Below are positions 39,962-52,967 of a DNA stretch of 64,000 nt, piece by piece. The notes under the pieces are model-generated. The model ran no database searches. It worked only from the letters and a program-made list of their open reading frames with translations, and was not told where the DNA came from. Made by a program: the position numbers and the translations under genes. Each line of letters starts with the position of its first letter. Position 1 is the stretch's first letter. The DNA is from Eledone cirrhosa (lineage: Eukaryota): positions 328,042,001 through 328,106,000 of the forward strand of contig OZ024743.1 in NCBI GenBank assembly GCA_964016885.1. The letters are read 5' to 3'.

Positions 39962-40092
39962 TCATGTTACTTTTGACCACTTGAGGAAGCTGGGTAGATC
40001 CTTTACAGGAACATTATACGTGTGTGCCTTGAGACGTAGGTTACGGTCATCTGTAAGTAGGACCACATCACGATAGATGCGACTAGGTTCCT
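39962..40092 (-). CDS. SMG6: SMG6 last coding exon (PIN C-terminus and stop)
   Basis: Acceptor ttttatag; (E)EPSRIYRDVVLLTDDRNLRLKAHTYNVPVKDLPSFLKWSKVT* closely matches my recollection of the human SMG6 C-terminus (VVLLTDDRNLRVKA...FLTWAQVG). Confidence 0.96.
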
Positions 40093-42738
40093 CTATAAAA
40101 ACAAAAATATATAGCAAAGACTTAAAAAAGCATCGGAAAAATTTGAAATGTGTGCATCCCAACTAAAATGACCATAATAATAGTTGATCACTATAAATAA
40201 TAGTTGAGGAAATCAGGTAAAGTATCTCTGAAGAGAGAAAAAGTGAACAAAGGTGCCACCGTGTTACTGTCTATCGCTCTCCAGGGATAATTTACCAGAT
40301 TTTCTTTATTATTATTTATGGTTGATAGCTTCTGCTAACTGGGTGACTTAATTAGTGACAGAGGAGGGCGCTCTGAGAGAATATAGCTAGAATAAGGATA
40401 GGATGGAAGAAGTTTAGAGAGCTACTGCCACTGTTGAACAACAAAAGGTTTCTCTCTACGCACAAAAGGATGACTGCATGACACCTCTGTGTGAAATGTG
40501 ATGCTGCACATTAGTGAAACATGGACATTGGCTGCAGAAGACATGCATAGATTGGAGAGAAATGAAGCAGCCATACTCCATTGGATGTGCAATGTAAATG
40601 TGAGAGAAAAGCAGAGCTTGGACGAGTTGATGGAAAAGCTGGGTTTAAGAGGAATCAAATGTGATGTGCATGGATGATGATTGATGGGTGAAAAAGTGCC
40701 AGGAAAAGCCAATGGAAGGAAGCTGCAGTAGAGGTAGACCAAGAAAGACCAGAGCAGAGGTGGTGAGAGCTGACCTCAAATCACAAAGAAACATGGCAAG
40801 TGGATGTAAAAACAATGACGACGATGATCGATTATTATGATTGGATTGACAGTATCGGTAGAGGGTCGGATGCCATGCTTTGACGCATAGAGTTACGGCC
40901 CTTGCCATCTTTGTTCAAATCCCACCGAGGTTAACTTTGCCTTTCATCCTTACGGGGTCGATAAAATAAAGTACCAGTACTACACTGGGATAATTGGTGG
41001 CCTTGTGCCAAAAGTAGAAACAATTATTATTATGATCATTTGAGTTGGGACGCACACATTTAAAAATTTTTTAAATAAAACAAAACAGAGAACAATGTTA
41101 ATGAAGGGAAACAAACATCATTGGAGGAAAAAATAACTTTGTTACAAAATATTTCTTTTGAAATTCTATAAAATCTAATTTTAGATTTAAATAAAAACAA
41201 ACAAAAAAAAAGAATTTAATTCACTTCCAACATATCTTTGTCAAACTACTTTATAAATATCAATATTTACAAAGGTATTTAGTGTGGAATGATGAAGGTG
41301 GAACAAAACTGGGGCTAAAACTATGAGGAAAACAAACTAAAAACAATGACTTCCTATAAATACTACTAAAATACATTTAATATCCCACACACCTCATCAA
41401 GGTCGAACTTGCTGACTTGCCCCCCCCCCCCCCCCCCCATACACCTTGTCTACCCAACCTACACATAGAAACATGAAAGCTAGACACTCTACATCCTATC
41501 TTTCCCAAAAAGCACTAAGTCCACCCTGTATGCTAATCTGGTGCCACAGAAAAAAAAAAAAAAAAAATCTATCCTGTAAGGTGTTTGTGATGGCGACACA
41601 AGAAAAAGCTGTAAGGGTGGTCATGGTGGTGATACGAGAAAAAGCGTCCAGTCCACCCCATAAGGTGGTCGAGCTGGTGGTATGACAAAAAGCGCCCAGT
41701 CCACCCTGTAGGGTGGTCATGCTGGTGACACGACAAAAAGCACCCAGTTCCACCCTGCTAAATAATCCTTTTAGTGTCACGATGAAAAAGCACCCAGTCC
41801 ACATTGTAATGTGGTTGGCATCAGGAAGGGAATCCAGCTGTAGAATCCAAGCCAAAATACAGAACCATATGAGCAAAACATGGCCACCTGACCTGACATG
41901 TCTCATAACATGACAACCCGTCTAACCCATGCATTAAATGATGATGACTTACATAAATACATGTGTATAAAATTTTATACTAATACAACTAAAATATACA
42001 CATATATGTTAAATATGTGTGTATAAAATGTTATAGCTAATATTACTAAAATAAATACACATATATGTTAAACATGTGTATAGAATTTTATACTAATACT
42101 ACTAAAAAATATATACACATGTTAAATGTGTGTATAGAATCTTATACCCAATACTACTAAAAAATATTCACACACGTTAAATATGTAAAGTTGTTGGTGT
42201 CAGGAAGGGGATCCAGTTGTAGAAGGCTTGCTAAACAAGGGGTCGAGAGAACCCTTCAGTTTGTGTAAAAAGACACGACAACTTCTCCTTTGCACTCAAT
42301 AGAATGTATGACCTTGCATAAGTAGGATGCAGACACCTCAATCTGTCTGGGAGATCAATAGCCCCGCTTCAGTACCGACTTCAACTAGCAAGGGTTGAAC
42401 AGGTCTACATAGATCATGATGATGATGATGTCAATTGACATGGATCCATAATCACACACACACACACTGATGATAGTTTGACTATTTCACGATAATTACA
42501 ATTAAGCAATTTATTCATTATCACAGCACAATATGAAACTGGGGGTTATTCAACAAGATCATTAGCACTAGCTGTCATGTCCTTGACAAAACTGAAGGGT
42601 CCTCCCAACCCTTTATTTGGCAAGCTTTCTACTGCTGGATGCCCTTTCTATCACCAACCACTTTACACCATGTATTGGGTGTGTTTATCATGTAGATTGC
42701 ATGTGTATGTGTAAATTTGAAATATAAATTGTTCAAAC

Positions 42739-42820
42739 CTTTAGATTTTGGAATGGAATCTTTAGAATTGTCTTTGCAATAATGAAGGCAACATGTAAGA
42801 ATTAAATCATCATTGTTTCC
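42739..42820 (-). CDS. SMG6: SMG6 exon (PIN, GNNDD motif)
   Basis: ttactttcag|GNNDDLILTCCLHYCKDNSKDSIPKSK+G|gtttga; 82 nt, phases 0/1, consistent with neighbours. Not in the ORF track. Confidence 0.95.
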
Positions 42821-44266
42821 CTGAAAGTAAAGAAAAGATGTGATAAAATCATCCTAGGTGATGCTATTAAGTTAGACATGGCCTGGGCCAATACTGGCCA
42901 AAAGTTATCAAAGTTATTTCAGTTTCTACATCAATAGCATATTAACTCATTCATTACTAAACTGGCCAAAACCAGCTCTAGCTCTGTCAGATAAAACCAT
43001 CCATTTTAAATTTTCCAACATAATTTTGTATAAGAATCATATATATTAAGTTACTTAGTAATGAAATAACAATTTTAGTAAATCCCTCTAAATTTTAATT
43101 AATTAATTGAAATAGGTATAGTTTATTAGAAACTAGCTGAGGTACCTAGTTTTGCCCAAGTAAACAGATAAGATCGGTAGAAGAGAAAACGTCTGTATTG
43201 GATGCATTGTCGGGTTTACAGTATAAATGTGTGTATGTGTGTGCTTATGCATGTATAAACCAGTGTTCGAATTAGAGACGCAGGCTGCGAAACGCAATCA
43301 TCACTGACAACAAACGCGCAGAGAGAATCCCTTATGGTTGATTCCCAAATTGCTAGAAACAACAGTCAGGTTGCTTAGCATACACAGGATCTTTTTCTTC
43401 TTTGATGTTATAAAATTAGTATCTATAAGTCAGTCTCTGCCATCAATAGAATAGTTGTATATTACAATAGTACCCCTATTTAGTCAGTCTTTACCAATAG
43501 AATAGCTTTATATTAGAATAATCCCTCGTTGAGGATTCAAGCATCTTTACACAGAATGTTATAATAAAGGAATTATTAAATTAGATATTTCTTACTATAA
43601 ACCCAATCATTTTTGATGGGTAGTATTCTAGTACCTTTGATAAATCGCTCATAGTTTTCCAGTAATTAATTCAAACACAGTGTACTTCATTAAAAAAAAT
43701 GGTTAAATTTTTCAAACATCTCTTGTGACTTTGGATCATTTAGTTATATGTGCGAGCAGTAAACAAGACAGCTGTCAAGTGTGGAGTGGCTCTACAGAGT
43801 TATACAGAAACTACATAATATGATGATTACAGCCTGATGACATCTGTCATCACCATACCAGTAATTCATGTAGGTTTAGTTGTTACACTGGGAGTGTTTT
43901 GGATATGGTTTTGAAAAGTGTGATTGGTTTTACTTTATGTCTAATATGATATATATCTGCAGGGTAAGGGTGAATGTAGGTTTATGGGTTATGTTTGATC
44001 CAGTTCATGCCTAGCATTGGTTTAGTAACCATTTGGTGGTGTTTAACTTAAGTCAAACATACGGTTTTTTTTCTTTCTCTAAAAGCATCTTTTTTTCTAT
44101 TTCTTCCTCTTCTCACTCCTCTTTCTATTTCTCCTTTTATTTCTCATTCTATCTTCTGATGTAAAACTGACGTCCAAAATGTTAAGATACTTTTCCTACT
44201 ATATTAGGGTGTAAAATAATATATATCTTCATTGCTACTGTATCATATATATATATAAATTCGTAC

Positions 44267-44478
44267 CTTAGTGTCAGTAGCTTCACTACGGTATAGAATA
44301 GTTTGAAGCATAGTTCCTTTTGTTGTCTGGGCTCTGAGGTGAGGGTTCTTCAGTTCAAATTGTTGCTCCAGAAATGCCATGGCCAGTTTGGCATTTTCTT
44401 TCACCATGTCACTGTGTTCTATAGATTCATAATGACCTTCTAAATTACCACGGACTAAGCCATCCAATTCATTGATTA
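44267..44478 (-). CDS. SMG6: SMG6 exon (PIN, INELDG motif)
   Basis: ttgcag|(V)INELDGLVRG...LYRSEATDTK|gtacga; 212 nt. Confidence 0.95.
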
Positions 44479-44533
44479 CTGCAATTAAAATAAAGATAAC
44501 AGTAATATACGTGAACGACAAAGCATAAATGAA

Positions 44534-45130
44534 TTGAGAGAGAGACTGAGCATAAGAGGAATCAAATGCTGCGTGCAGGAGAGGCGGTTACGATGGTATG
44601 GACATGTGATGCGTATGAAGGATGACAGCTGCATAAAAAGGTGCAGAGCACTAGAAGTTGATGGAAACCGCGGAGTGGGGAGACCCAAGATGACTTGGGA
44701 TGAGGTGATAAAAGCCGACTTTACCCAACTACACCTCTCAAAGTCAATGACACACGACCGTGACCTCTGGCGTCACGCAGTAATACAGGGTACCCGACCT
44801 CCCATGGGTACATGCTGAAGCATATAAACAATATGCCCCCCCCCCCCCCACCACCGCAAGGTGGTCGTGGAGGTGCCACGGCAAAAAAGCACCCAGCCCA
44901 CACTGTAAAGTGGACGTGTAGGCGCCACGAAAAAGCACCCAGCACTCACTGTAAATGAGGTTGGTGTTAGGAAGGGCATCCAGCTGTAGAAATCAAGCCA
45001 GATCAGTTCCTGTATGAGCAAGGCATGGTCAGCCGACCAGACACTGCCCACAACAGGACAACCCGTCTAACCCATGCTAGCGTGGAAGAACGGACGTAAA
45101 ACGGTGATGATGATGATGATGATGATGATA
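44534..45130 (+). mobile_element. RTE LINE 3' fragment joined to SINE-like repeat, 55 bp from the SMG6 acceptor
   Basis: ORF 44534-44818 contains ERRLRWYGHVMRM...GVGRPKMTW; the element ends in a (GAT)n tail. Confidence 0.8.
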
Positions 45131-46178
45131 ACACATGAGACACACATATATAAACAATGAAGATATATATCATCGTGTAGGTGTCACAACAAAACTCACC
45201 CAGCACTCACTGTAAATGTGGTTGCCGTTAGGAAAAAAGCGGACGTAAAATGATGATGATGATGAAATTGACTTAAGGATCACCTTAACTGAGATATAGA
45301 AAATATGTCACATGAACAAATGTAGGACATATATACAGACAGAATGTTGAGGCCTGTTGCCTAGTAGTAAGGGTGTCGGACTTACGACCATAATGTCGTA
45401 GGTTTGAATCCTGGGCTGGGCTGTGTGTTGTGTTCTTGAGCAAAACACTTCATTTCACGTTACTCCAGTATACTCAGCTGAAAATGAGACCAGCAATAAC
45501 TGGGGGAGTTAAACCTGTGATGGACTGACATCCTATTCAGGGGTAGTTTTGTACTGAGATAAACACCAGCCTGATGAGCCTCCTGGCTTGAGACAAACTT
45601 TAGACTAGATTAGACTTAGACAGAATGGAATAAACTTCCAATGTAAAACAGACAGAGAGCCAGAATGGACTTCCATTGGATTTGATGACAAGTGTTCCAG
45701 TTGTTTGGTCAATGGAACAGTCTGTTTATGAAATTAACATGAATGCATTCCACAGTACCCATTACATAATTCTCAGGGAGATTCAGTGTGACAAGACCAG
45801 CCCTTTGAATTACAGACCCAGTTTATCTGATGGGTTTACAAAGAGTTTCTGTCTACCCAGTTTCATTCACAAGGCAAGAGTCGACCTGAGCCAAGATTTA
45901 ACTTGGGATCTGCATGTTTCTGTCACTGCCCAGTCTCCTCTATCTTTCTATTTCTTCTTTAATTTCTCATTCTATTTTCTGATGAAAAACTAGCATCTGA
46001 AACGTTGAGATTCTTTTCCTACAATATTAAGCATAAAACTAATATATTTCTTCATTGTACTGTGTCGTTTGCTTTATTATTTCCGTTTGCCTTATTGCAT
46101 ATATATAGGTATGTATACACACACACACACATCACATAGAATCAGCAACAAGCCTTAAACTGATAGTAATATACTCAC

Positions 46179-46329
46179 CAATTAGAGGAACTGAGATGGT
46201 ATAACTCTCACTAAATATTAGTTTCTTTACTCCCTGCAGATGATCAATGAAACAGTTTGTGTCTGGTATAAGATAGACTGGGTGAATTTCAATCTCAACA
46301 CAACAGTTTCTTTGTTTTCGTAACAGAGC
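46179..46329 (-). CDS. SMG6: SMG6 exon (start of PIN, PDTN motif)
   Basis: tttcag|ALLRKQRNCCVEIEIHPVYLIPDTNCFIDHL...ISVPLI+G|gtgagt; 151 nt. Confidence 0.96.
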
Positions 46330-48586
46330 CTGAAATAATTTGAATAAATACAACAAAATTACAATGTTAAAGGAATACAATAAAGATTGCTTGAAACAGG
46401 AAAGTTTTAAAAATTGAAAATTCAAGATTAGCTTCAATGGTTTTGGTGTCACGACAAAAATCACCCAGTCCACACTATAAAGTGGTTGTGTAGGTGCCAC
46501 CATAAAAAGTGCTCAGTCCAAGCTGTAAAGAGGTTGTATAGGTGTCACAACATAAAGCACCCAGTACACACTGTAAATGTGGTTGATGCTAGGAAGGGCA
46601 TCCAGCTGTAGAAACCAGGCCAAAATCAGTTCTGTATGACCTGGCTTGTCTCACAATGGGACAACTCGTCTAACCCATGCTCGAGTGGAAAATAGGACGT
46701 TAAACTATGATGATGATAATGATGAAATGAGTTTGAAACTCTATTTAAAGATGTGAGAGTTTCTTTTCTTTAGTTGCAGCTTCAGTAAATATTAACTGTT
46801 CAATATAAAATCATCTTCATTTAACTTCATTTAAAAAGGGTTAGATGACTTGCCACAGATCAAGTCAGTATTTAATCAAAGTTATTGATCTTCCAGATTG
46901 ACTGAGAGTCTGCATCATCATATGTCTGCTTTTCCCTGCTTGCAAGGGTGGGATGGGTCCTAGTCAGTACAGCATCTCTCCATTCATCACAGTCCTTCGT
47001 CATGTCGTCCATGAGCTTCAGCGATCTGAGGTCAGCTCTCACCACTTCCGCCCATGATTTTCGTGGTCTTCCTCTACTGCATCTTCCTTCTACAGGGATT
47101 TCTTGGCACTTCTTTCCCCATATTTACATATATTCCTGCATTCTACTGAGTGCAATGAACAAATTTTATCATAGCACCAACAACACTAGGGAGGTTGTCA
47201 TGCCATTTACACAACTAGTGTCCTCTCAACCTTTAGGCAAGATTTCTACTGCCAGATATTCTTCCTATAACCAACCATTTTACAGAATATACTGGGTGTA
47301 CTCTATCATGTCACCAACACTAAAGAGTTGTTTGTGCTGTTGATAACTCAAGAATCTGATCCACCCATTTTTGTCCTGGTTTCTATAGCTAGATGCCCTT
47401 CATATCACCAACTAGCTTGTGGAGGTTATACTAAGTGCATTTTTTTGTGGCACCAGCACCAAAGAAATTGTAACATGAGTGAAGAGTCCATCCATTAAAC
47501 TCTTTTTTGACATAGTTTCTTCATTAGTTTCTTCTGGTTTTGTTGAAATCTACATACATTTACCAATCCTGGAACAACAGATGTAAAAAAATTGTGAAAA
47601 TGACATGCAACCTTTTTGATATCAAACTGCCTGAATCTGCCCCTGGTTCTAAGATACAAAAATATCAATTAACTGCCCAGGACAGTGGACTAGTAGAATT
47701 GTTAGAGTGTCATATGAGATGCCTTGCAGTATTTGCTCTGGCTCTTTGCATTCTGAGTTCCTATATTGCTGTGGCCTACCTAGGTGGCAGACTTAATCCA
47801 TTACCCAGCCCTTGGATGCTTTTAGCAGAGTTCACACTGTTGCAAGCAATTAGAGCAGGCTTCTGGTTGCAGGATATGTTCATCTCCCCCACCCTCTCAC
47901 TATTCTTGGAAGCCCTGAAAAATGTCGGAGCACTGACCCTCACTCCCACTGTCTTGGAGGTCTTGAAAAGGGTCATGAGCACTGACCCTCTCTCCCACCA
48001 GTCTTGGAGGTGTTGAAACATGTCATGAATACTAACCCACTCTCCCACTAATTTTGAAGGTCTTGAAAAGGGTGGTGAGTACTGACCCTTCCCTTCTTGT
48101 TCACAAAACAGTACAAAAACAACAACAAAAAACACCCACCTACACATGTCTTAAATAGAAAGCAAAGTTGTTAGTAAGAAAATTAGTTAAATATTTACAC
48201 TGCTTAACATTCAATGAAGATTATGTATTAGTCACAAGATAGTCATCAATTGGAAACTAGTTAAAGATTAATGGTTAACATTCAATTAACATTAGTTTAA
48301 AGTGCAACTTGAAAGCAAATATTAATACAAAAGACAACAAATACAGCAGTCCAAATTTATTGGCTGTGATAATGTAGCATATATATATATATATACACAC
48401 ACTGTACTTTATTTGTGTATAATACTAATTTATAATGTGGATAATGAAATCTCCCCCCAAAATCATTTCCATGTATAATATGAACTGACATTATGATACA
48501 TGGTAACAAAAGGAGTGTTTTGTCAGATTTTTTATAATTCCTGCATAAAATACATTGAAAAATGTATTTTAACTACTACAACTATA

Positions 48587-48785
48587 TACAAGGGGATGCT
48601 AAAAGGTTCCTTGCTTGGTCACTACTACAGAGGCCTGGTTGGAGGCCTAACCAGCCAAGTTCTTTTTACAGGGCTTAGAAAAACTGAAGGGCTGCTGCAA
48701 TAAGTGTGTAAATCTGAGAGAGGAATATGTTGAATAAAATCATAATTAACTGATCCCCTGTATTTTCTTTTACCCCCTCGTATGC
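48587..48785. mobile_element. Mariner-type MITE
   Basis: Begins tacaaggggatgctaaaaggttcc; an inverse-orientation relative at ~57024-57201 shares the aataaaatcat/aactgatcc/tattttctttta blocks. Confidence 0.6.
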
Positions 48786-49312
48786 TACTGACACCACTGT
48801 AGACAAATATAACATTATTATAGTGGTTTAAATTTTTAAAAGATCAGTTAGCTTAGTCAATCAATGTAACTTACTTCCAATCATGCCATATTTATAGCTA
48901 CATACATGAAGTAAGGGCAAAAATGGCTAGCAGTTCTAGTGTATTTTATGTACCCCCTAATTGAGGTTTAAATATCTAAAGGAATAATGTGTATTATACA
49001 CAAATAAATATGGTGTGTGTGTGTGTGCATCTGTGTGTGTGTACATGCTTTAACAGTTAAGAGAGAGAGAGAGACAACAATCTTGAAAAAGTTGGCCAAG
49101 CAGGCAACCACTGGTAAACAAAACCCTTTAAAAAAAGAATTAAAGAAAGCCATGAGAGGTGGAGGGGGAGATTAAAAATGTTATTTTCTTTTAATCTGAA
49201 AAAAAAAAAAATGCTTAAAATAATGAATGTCCAAGTATGAAGGAGAGAGGAGGGGGGGGGGGGGGGGTAGAGAAATAGAGGGGTTAGTAGATAAACAAAA
49301 CATGCTATGAAG

Positions 49313-50055
49313 AGGACAGTGATGAGAGGGATACTTTAAGGGGACAGGGAGAAGGGGACAGGGACAAGGGGGACACTTTAAGGGAACAGAGATGAGGGGG
49401 ACACTAAGGGAACAGAGATGAGGGGGACACTAAGGGAACAGAGATGAGGGGGACACTAAGGGAACAGAGATGAGGGGGACACTTTAAAGGAACAACAAGA
49501 GGGATACTTGAAGGGGACAGTGATGAGAGCGATACTTCAAAGAGACAGTAATGATAGAGATACTTGAAGGGGACAGTGATGAGAGGGTGACTTTAAGGAG
49601 ACAGCAACGAGGGGTGACTTTAAGGGGATGGTAATGAGAAGGTGACTTTAAGGGCACGGTAATGAGAGGGTGACTTTAAGGGGACAGTGATAAGAGGGTG
49701 ACTTTAACCCTTTAACATTCACATTACTCTATATATACTATTGTATTTTTATGGTAGAGGCTTTATCTCACATAATTATCTCACATAATATCGAATCTAT
49801 GAGATTTTGAAAGTATTTATTTTGAGAACAAAACCATAACATCAGTTTGAGCGACCAGTTATAGCCAGTTTCAACAGAAAAAGGTAGAGAATTCTGGCCG
49901 GTTTTGAACATTAAAGGGTTAAGGGGATGGTGATAAGAGGGTGACTTTAAGGGGACAGTGATGAGAGGGTGACTTTAAGGGGACGATAATGAGAGGGTGA
50001 CTTTAAGGGGATGATAATGAGAGGGTGACTTTAAGGGGACAGTGATGAGAGGGTT
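49313..50055. repeat. ~28-bp G-rich minisatellite interrupted by a MITE
   Basis: Unit gagagggtgactttaaggggacagtgat, with shorter variants at the left end. Confidence 0.9.
49708..49918. mobile_element. piggyBac-type MITE with TTAA target-site duplication
   Basis: TTAA at 49704-49707 and 49919-49922; TIRs ccctttaacattca / tgaacattaaaggg (12/14 match). Confidence 0.88.
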
Positions 50056-50598
50056 ATATTAACAACAGATTCCTATTTTAAAAAATCATGTAACTAAGTG
50101 TTGTTTAGCCATAGGTCAGTTCTGATCAAACAGACATATCTATGACCAGAACACACTAACCATGACCTGTGACTGGTACTTCATCAATCTGGAAAGGACA
50201 AAGAAAAGCAAAATTGACCTCAGCAGGGCTTGAACGCTGTGTGCAGTAAGCTAAAACAAATGCTGAGGCCTTTTTAATTGACCGCTCCAAAATTATTTGG
50301 CCAATTTGCTGCCTTAACAGAATCAGTACCTTACTTATAATGGTTGACATCAGGAAGAGCATCTGACTCTAGGATAAAGCCTCCCATTCCCCAGTCCAGT
50401 CAAGCACAACGGATATAAAAACAATGATGATGATGAAAACTCCATGCATTAATAACAGAGCAACATGTTAGTCCCTGGTTTAAAGTAACAGAAACAAACA
50501 ACTAGCATATCGAACTGATTGATTTAGTCAGTCAAAGTGAAATGACAAGAAAAGAACTAAGATAATGAGAATCAGTGGCTAACATCACCAGATATATG

Positions 50599-50639
<41 letters not shown>

Positions 50640-51342
50640 CAGTCCCGTATGAGCAAAGTTCAGTGCGGCCAACTGACCAGACCCTCCCCGTAACAGAAAC
50701 ACACAGCTCCACACTGTGCACGTGATTGTTGTAAGGAAGGCCATAAAAACCAAACCATGATACTGTCCTGCTGTGAGCAAGGTTCAACATGGCCAACTGG
50801 TCAGACAGCTCTCAAAACGGGACCACCCAGTTCCACACCATAAATGTGGTTGGTGTTAGGAAGGGCATCCAGCTGTAAAAAACAAATGGCTAAAATGCAG
50901 TTCCATTTGAGTAAGGTACAGCGCAGCCAACCGACCAGACTTGCCTCATAGCATGGACGATCCGTCTGACCCATGCAAGAATGGAAAATAAGACATTAAA
51001 CAGTGATGATAGCAAAAAATAGCTGGTTAGCTTTAACTAAGACTTCCTGTAAGTATCAATATTTTGACAAACACTCTACAATCATGAAAGATGGGAGGGT
51101 GGTTATGGTAGTTAAGTTTTAAGCTCATCAGAAACAGAGACAAAACAAAAGCTATGGGAAATGTTCATTATTAGAGGAAGATTAGTTTTCTTTCCGATGA
51201 AATCACATCTGAAGTCATCAAGAGAGGAGGAGAACCGTAGTTTATCCCCCCCCCCCCCCAAAAAAAAAAACAAATAAGGAAACTGAGTTAGCAGACATTT
51301 TAATCTGAATAAAAACAAAACAAAACAAAATTGTTTACTGAC

Positions 51343-51414
51343 TTGGATGTTCTGCTTACGGCTGGCCTGTTGATCAACTTGCTGTTGAAGCTCATCTCTC
51401 TTGGCTCTCAACAT
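51343..51414 (-). CDS. SMG6: Putative alternative SMG6 exon, duplicate of the coiled-coil part of exon 55721-55849
   Basis: tttccaaag|MLRAKRDELQQQVDQQASRKQNIQ|gtcagt; 72 nt, phase 0-0; 12/24 residues identical to the upstream exon. Confidence 0.75.
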
Positions 51415-52933
51415 CTTTGGAAATTACGATGGAGCAGATATGATAAGTGTGCAGATAAGACAAACAATTACAAAAACAAAACAAAGCATGCAAGCAAACA
51501 ACATGCAGTTTAAGGTTTCATAAGCAACACAAATTATATTTACAAGTGGTCCACTGATTTACTTCCAGGTGCAAAAAAAACAAAGAATAAAAAAAAAAAA
51601 CACACAAATTCATTTTATTTGCAAGATGCCAGTGATTAAGGGCACCACATATATAAAATATATGGTTTCCATTTTATTGTTGAGCAGGCATTTCAGTGTA
51701 ATGAAAGTTGAGGTTTCTTCACATCTTCATGAAGAGTGAGTTTAGTATAAACTTCATGTTATCTCAAGATGGTACATGGGAGAGGGAGGGGGAAGGGTGA
51801 GAATGAGAATCTTAACAAAGGGAAAAGGGGAAGGAGTGACAATGGAAATCTCAACTAAAAGCTAACAAGTCTTGTCTCTACAATAGACACAGGATTTCAA
51901 GTGGTACAACTAAAGTAAAACATATATAAAGCATGAAAGAGGTGACCTGGCCTATTCACTACCCCCTACCACCACTGACTCTTCCACTATCACCCTTACT
52001 GAACACCCCCTATGAGTGACAGCAGCTTCAACAATGATAATCAAACAGTGAAAATATATTATTTGTAATCAAGCAACAGAAATGGAAGTTAGATCACAGT
52101 TCATGTTTCTTATTAAGATTGATTTTAACTTTTTGTATATTTAACATTGTTAGACTATACATGTTAGGTAACAGTTAATGTCTTCCACTATATAGATGTA
52201 TATGGCATATCTCTAGCAGAAACATTCTTGAAGGAGTTACTATGTTGTTAAAAGTGTCACTGTCTCAAGCCAGGACGCTCATCAAGCTGGTGCTTATCCT
52301 GGTTTTGTGGCATGAAGTCTCCCCTCTGGATAGGACACCAGTCCATCACAGGGTTAAACCCCAAGCTTCTGCTGGTACTCATTTCCAGCTGAGTATACTG
52401 GAGCAACATGAAATGAAGTGTTTTGTTCGAGAACAACCCAGCCCAGGAATCAAACAAGCAGTATTATGATTGTAAGCCCAACACCCTTACAACTAGGCCA
52501 CACGCCTTGCTAAAGCTTAAGTAAATTTATTTCACATGCCTCCACCATAAATAAAAATCAAGAGTCAGTTCACCTCATAGTCCCAATGGACTATGATTGA
52601 TTTTAACTTTCTATATCTTCAACATTTATGAACTATAAATGCTATGGGTTAGCAAAGATTTAATTGACGTTTGTACATTACCCTATGTACACTTTTTGAT
52701 GAGTTGTAGTGCACCTAAGCACGGTACACAATATTTTCATCATTATTATTATTATCATATATTTCTAAATAAAAATATAGATACGTAACATATCTTTAAC
52801 AAAACACTGCCACTGCACTCACTATTTAACTATTATGTGTGAACTCTGAACATCGAGATGCAGCTTCATTACTGCAACCTTATTAATTCATTGAGTGAGT
52901 CATGGCTGGAGATCAATGAAATAACATCAGTGA

Positions 52934-52967
<34 letters not shown>

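Noticed and set aside
45568-45600. CTGATGAGCC...GGC in SINE tails as a hammerhead (also ~4566)
   Set aside because: No GAAA/stem III/NUH or stem I; better explained as an L2-type 3' stem-loop.
47540-48147. 158-aa and 123-aa ORFs inside an SMG6 intron
   Set aside because: They overlap SINE remnants and a short tandem repeat, with no domain motifs or fitting splice sites.
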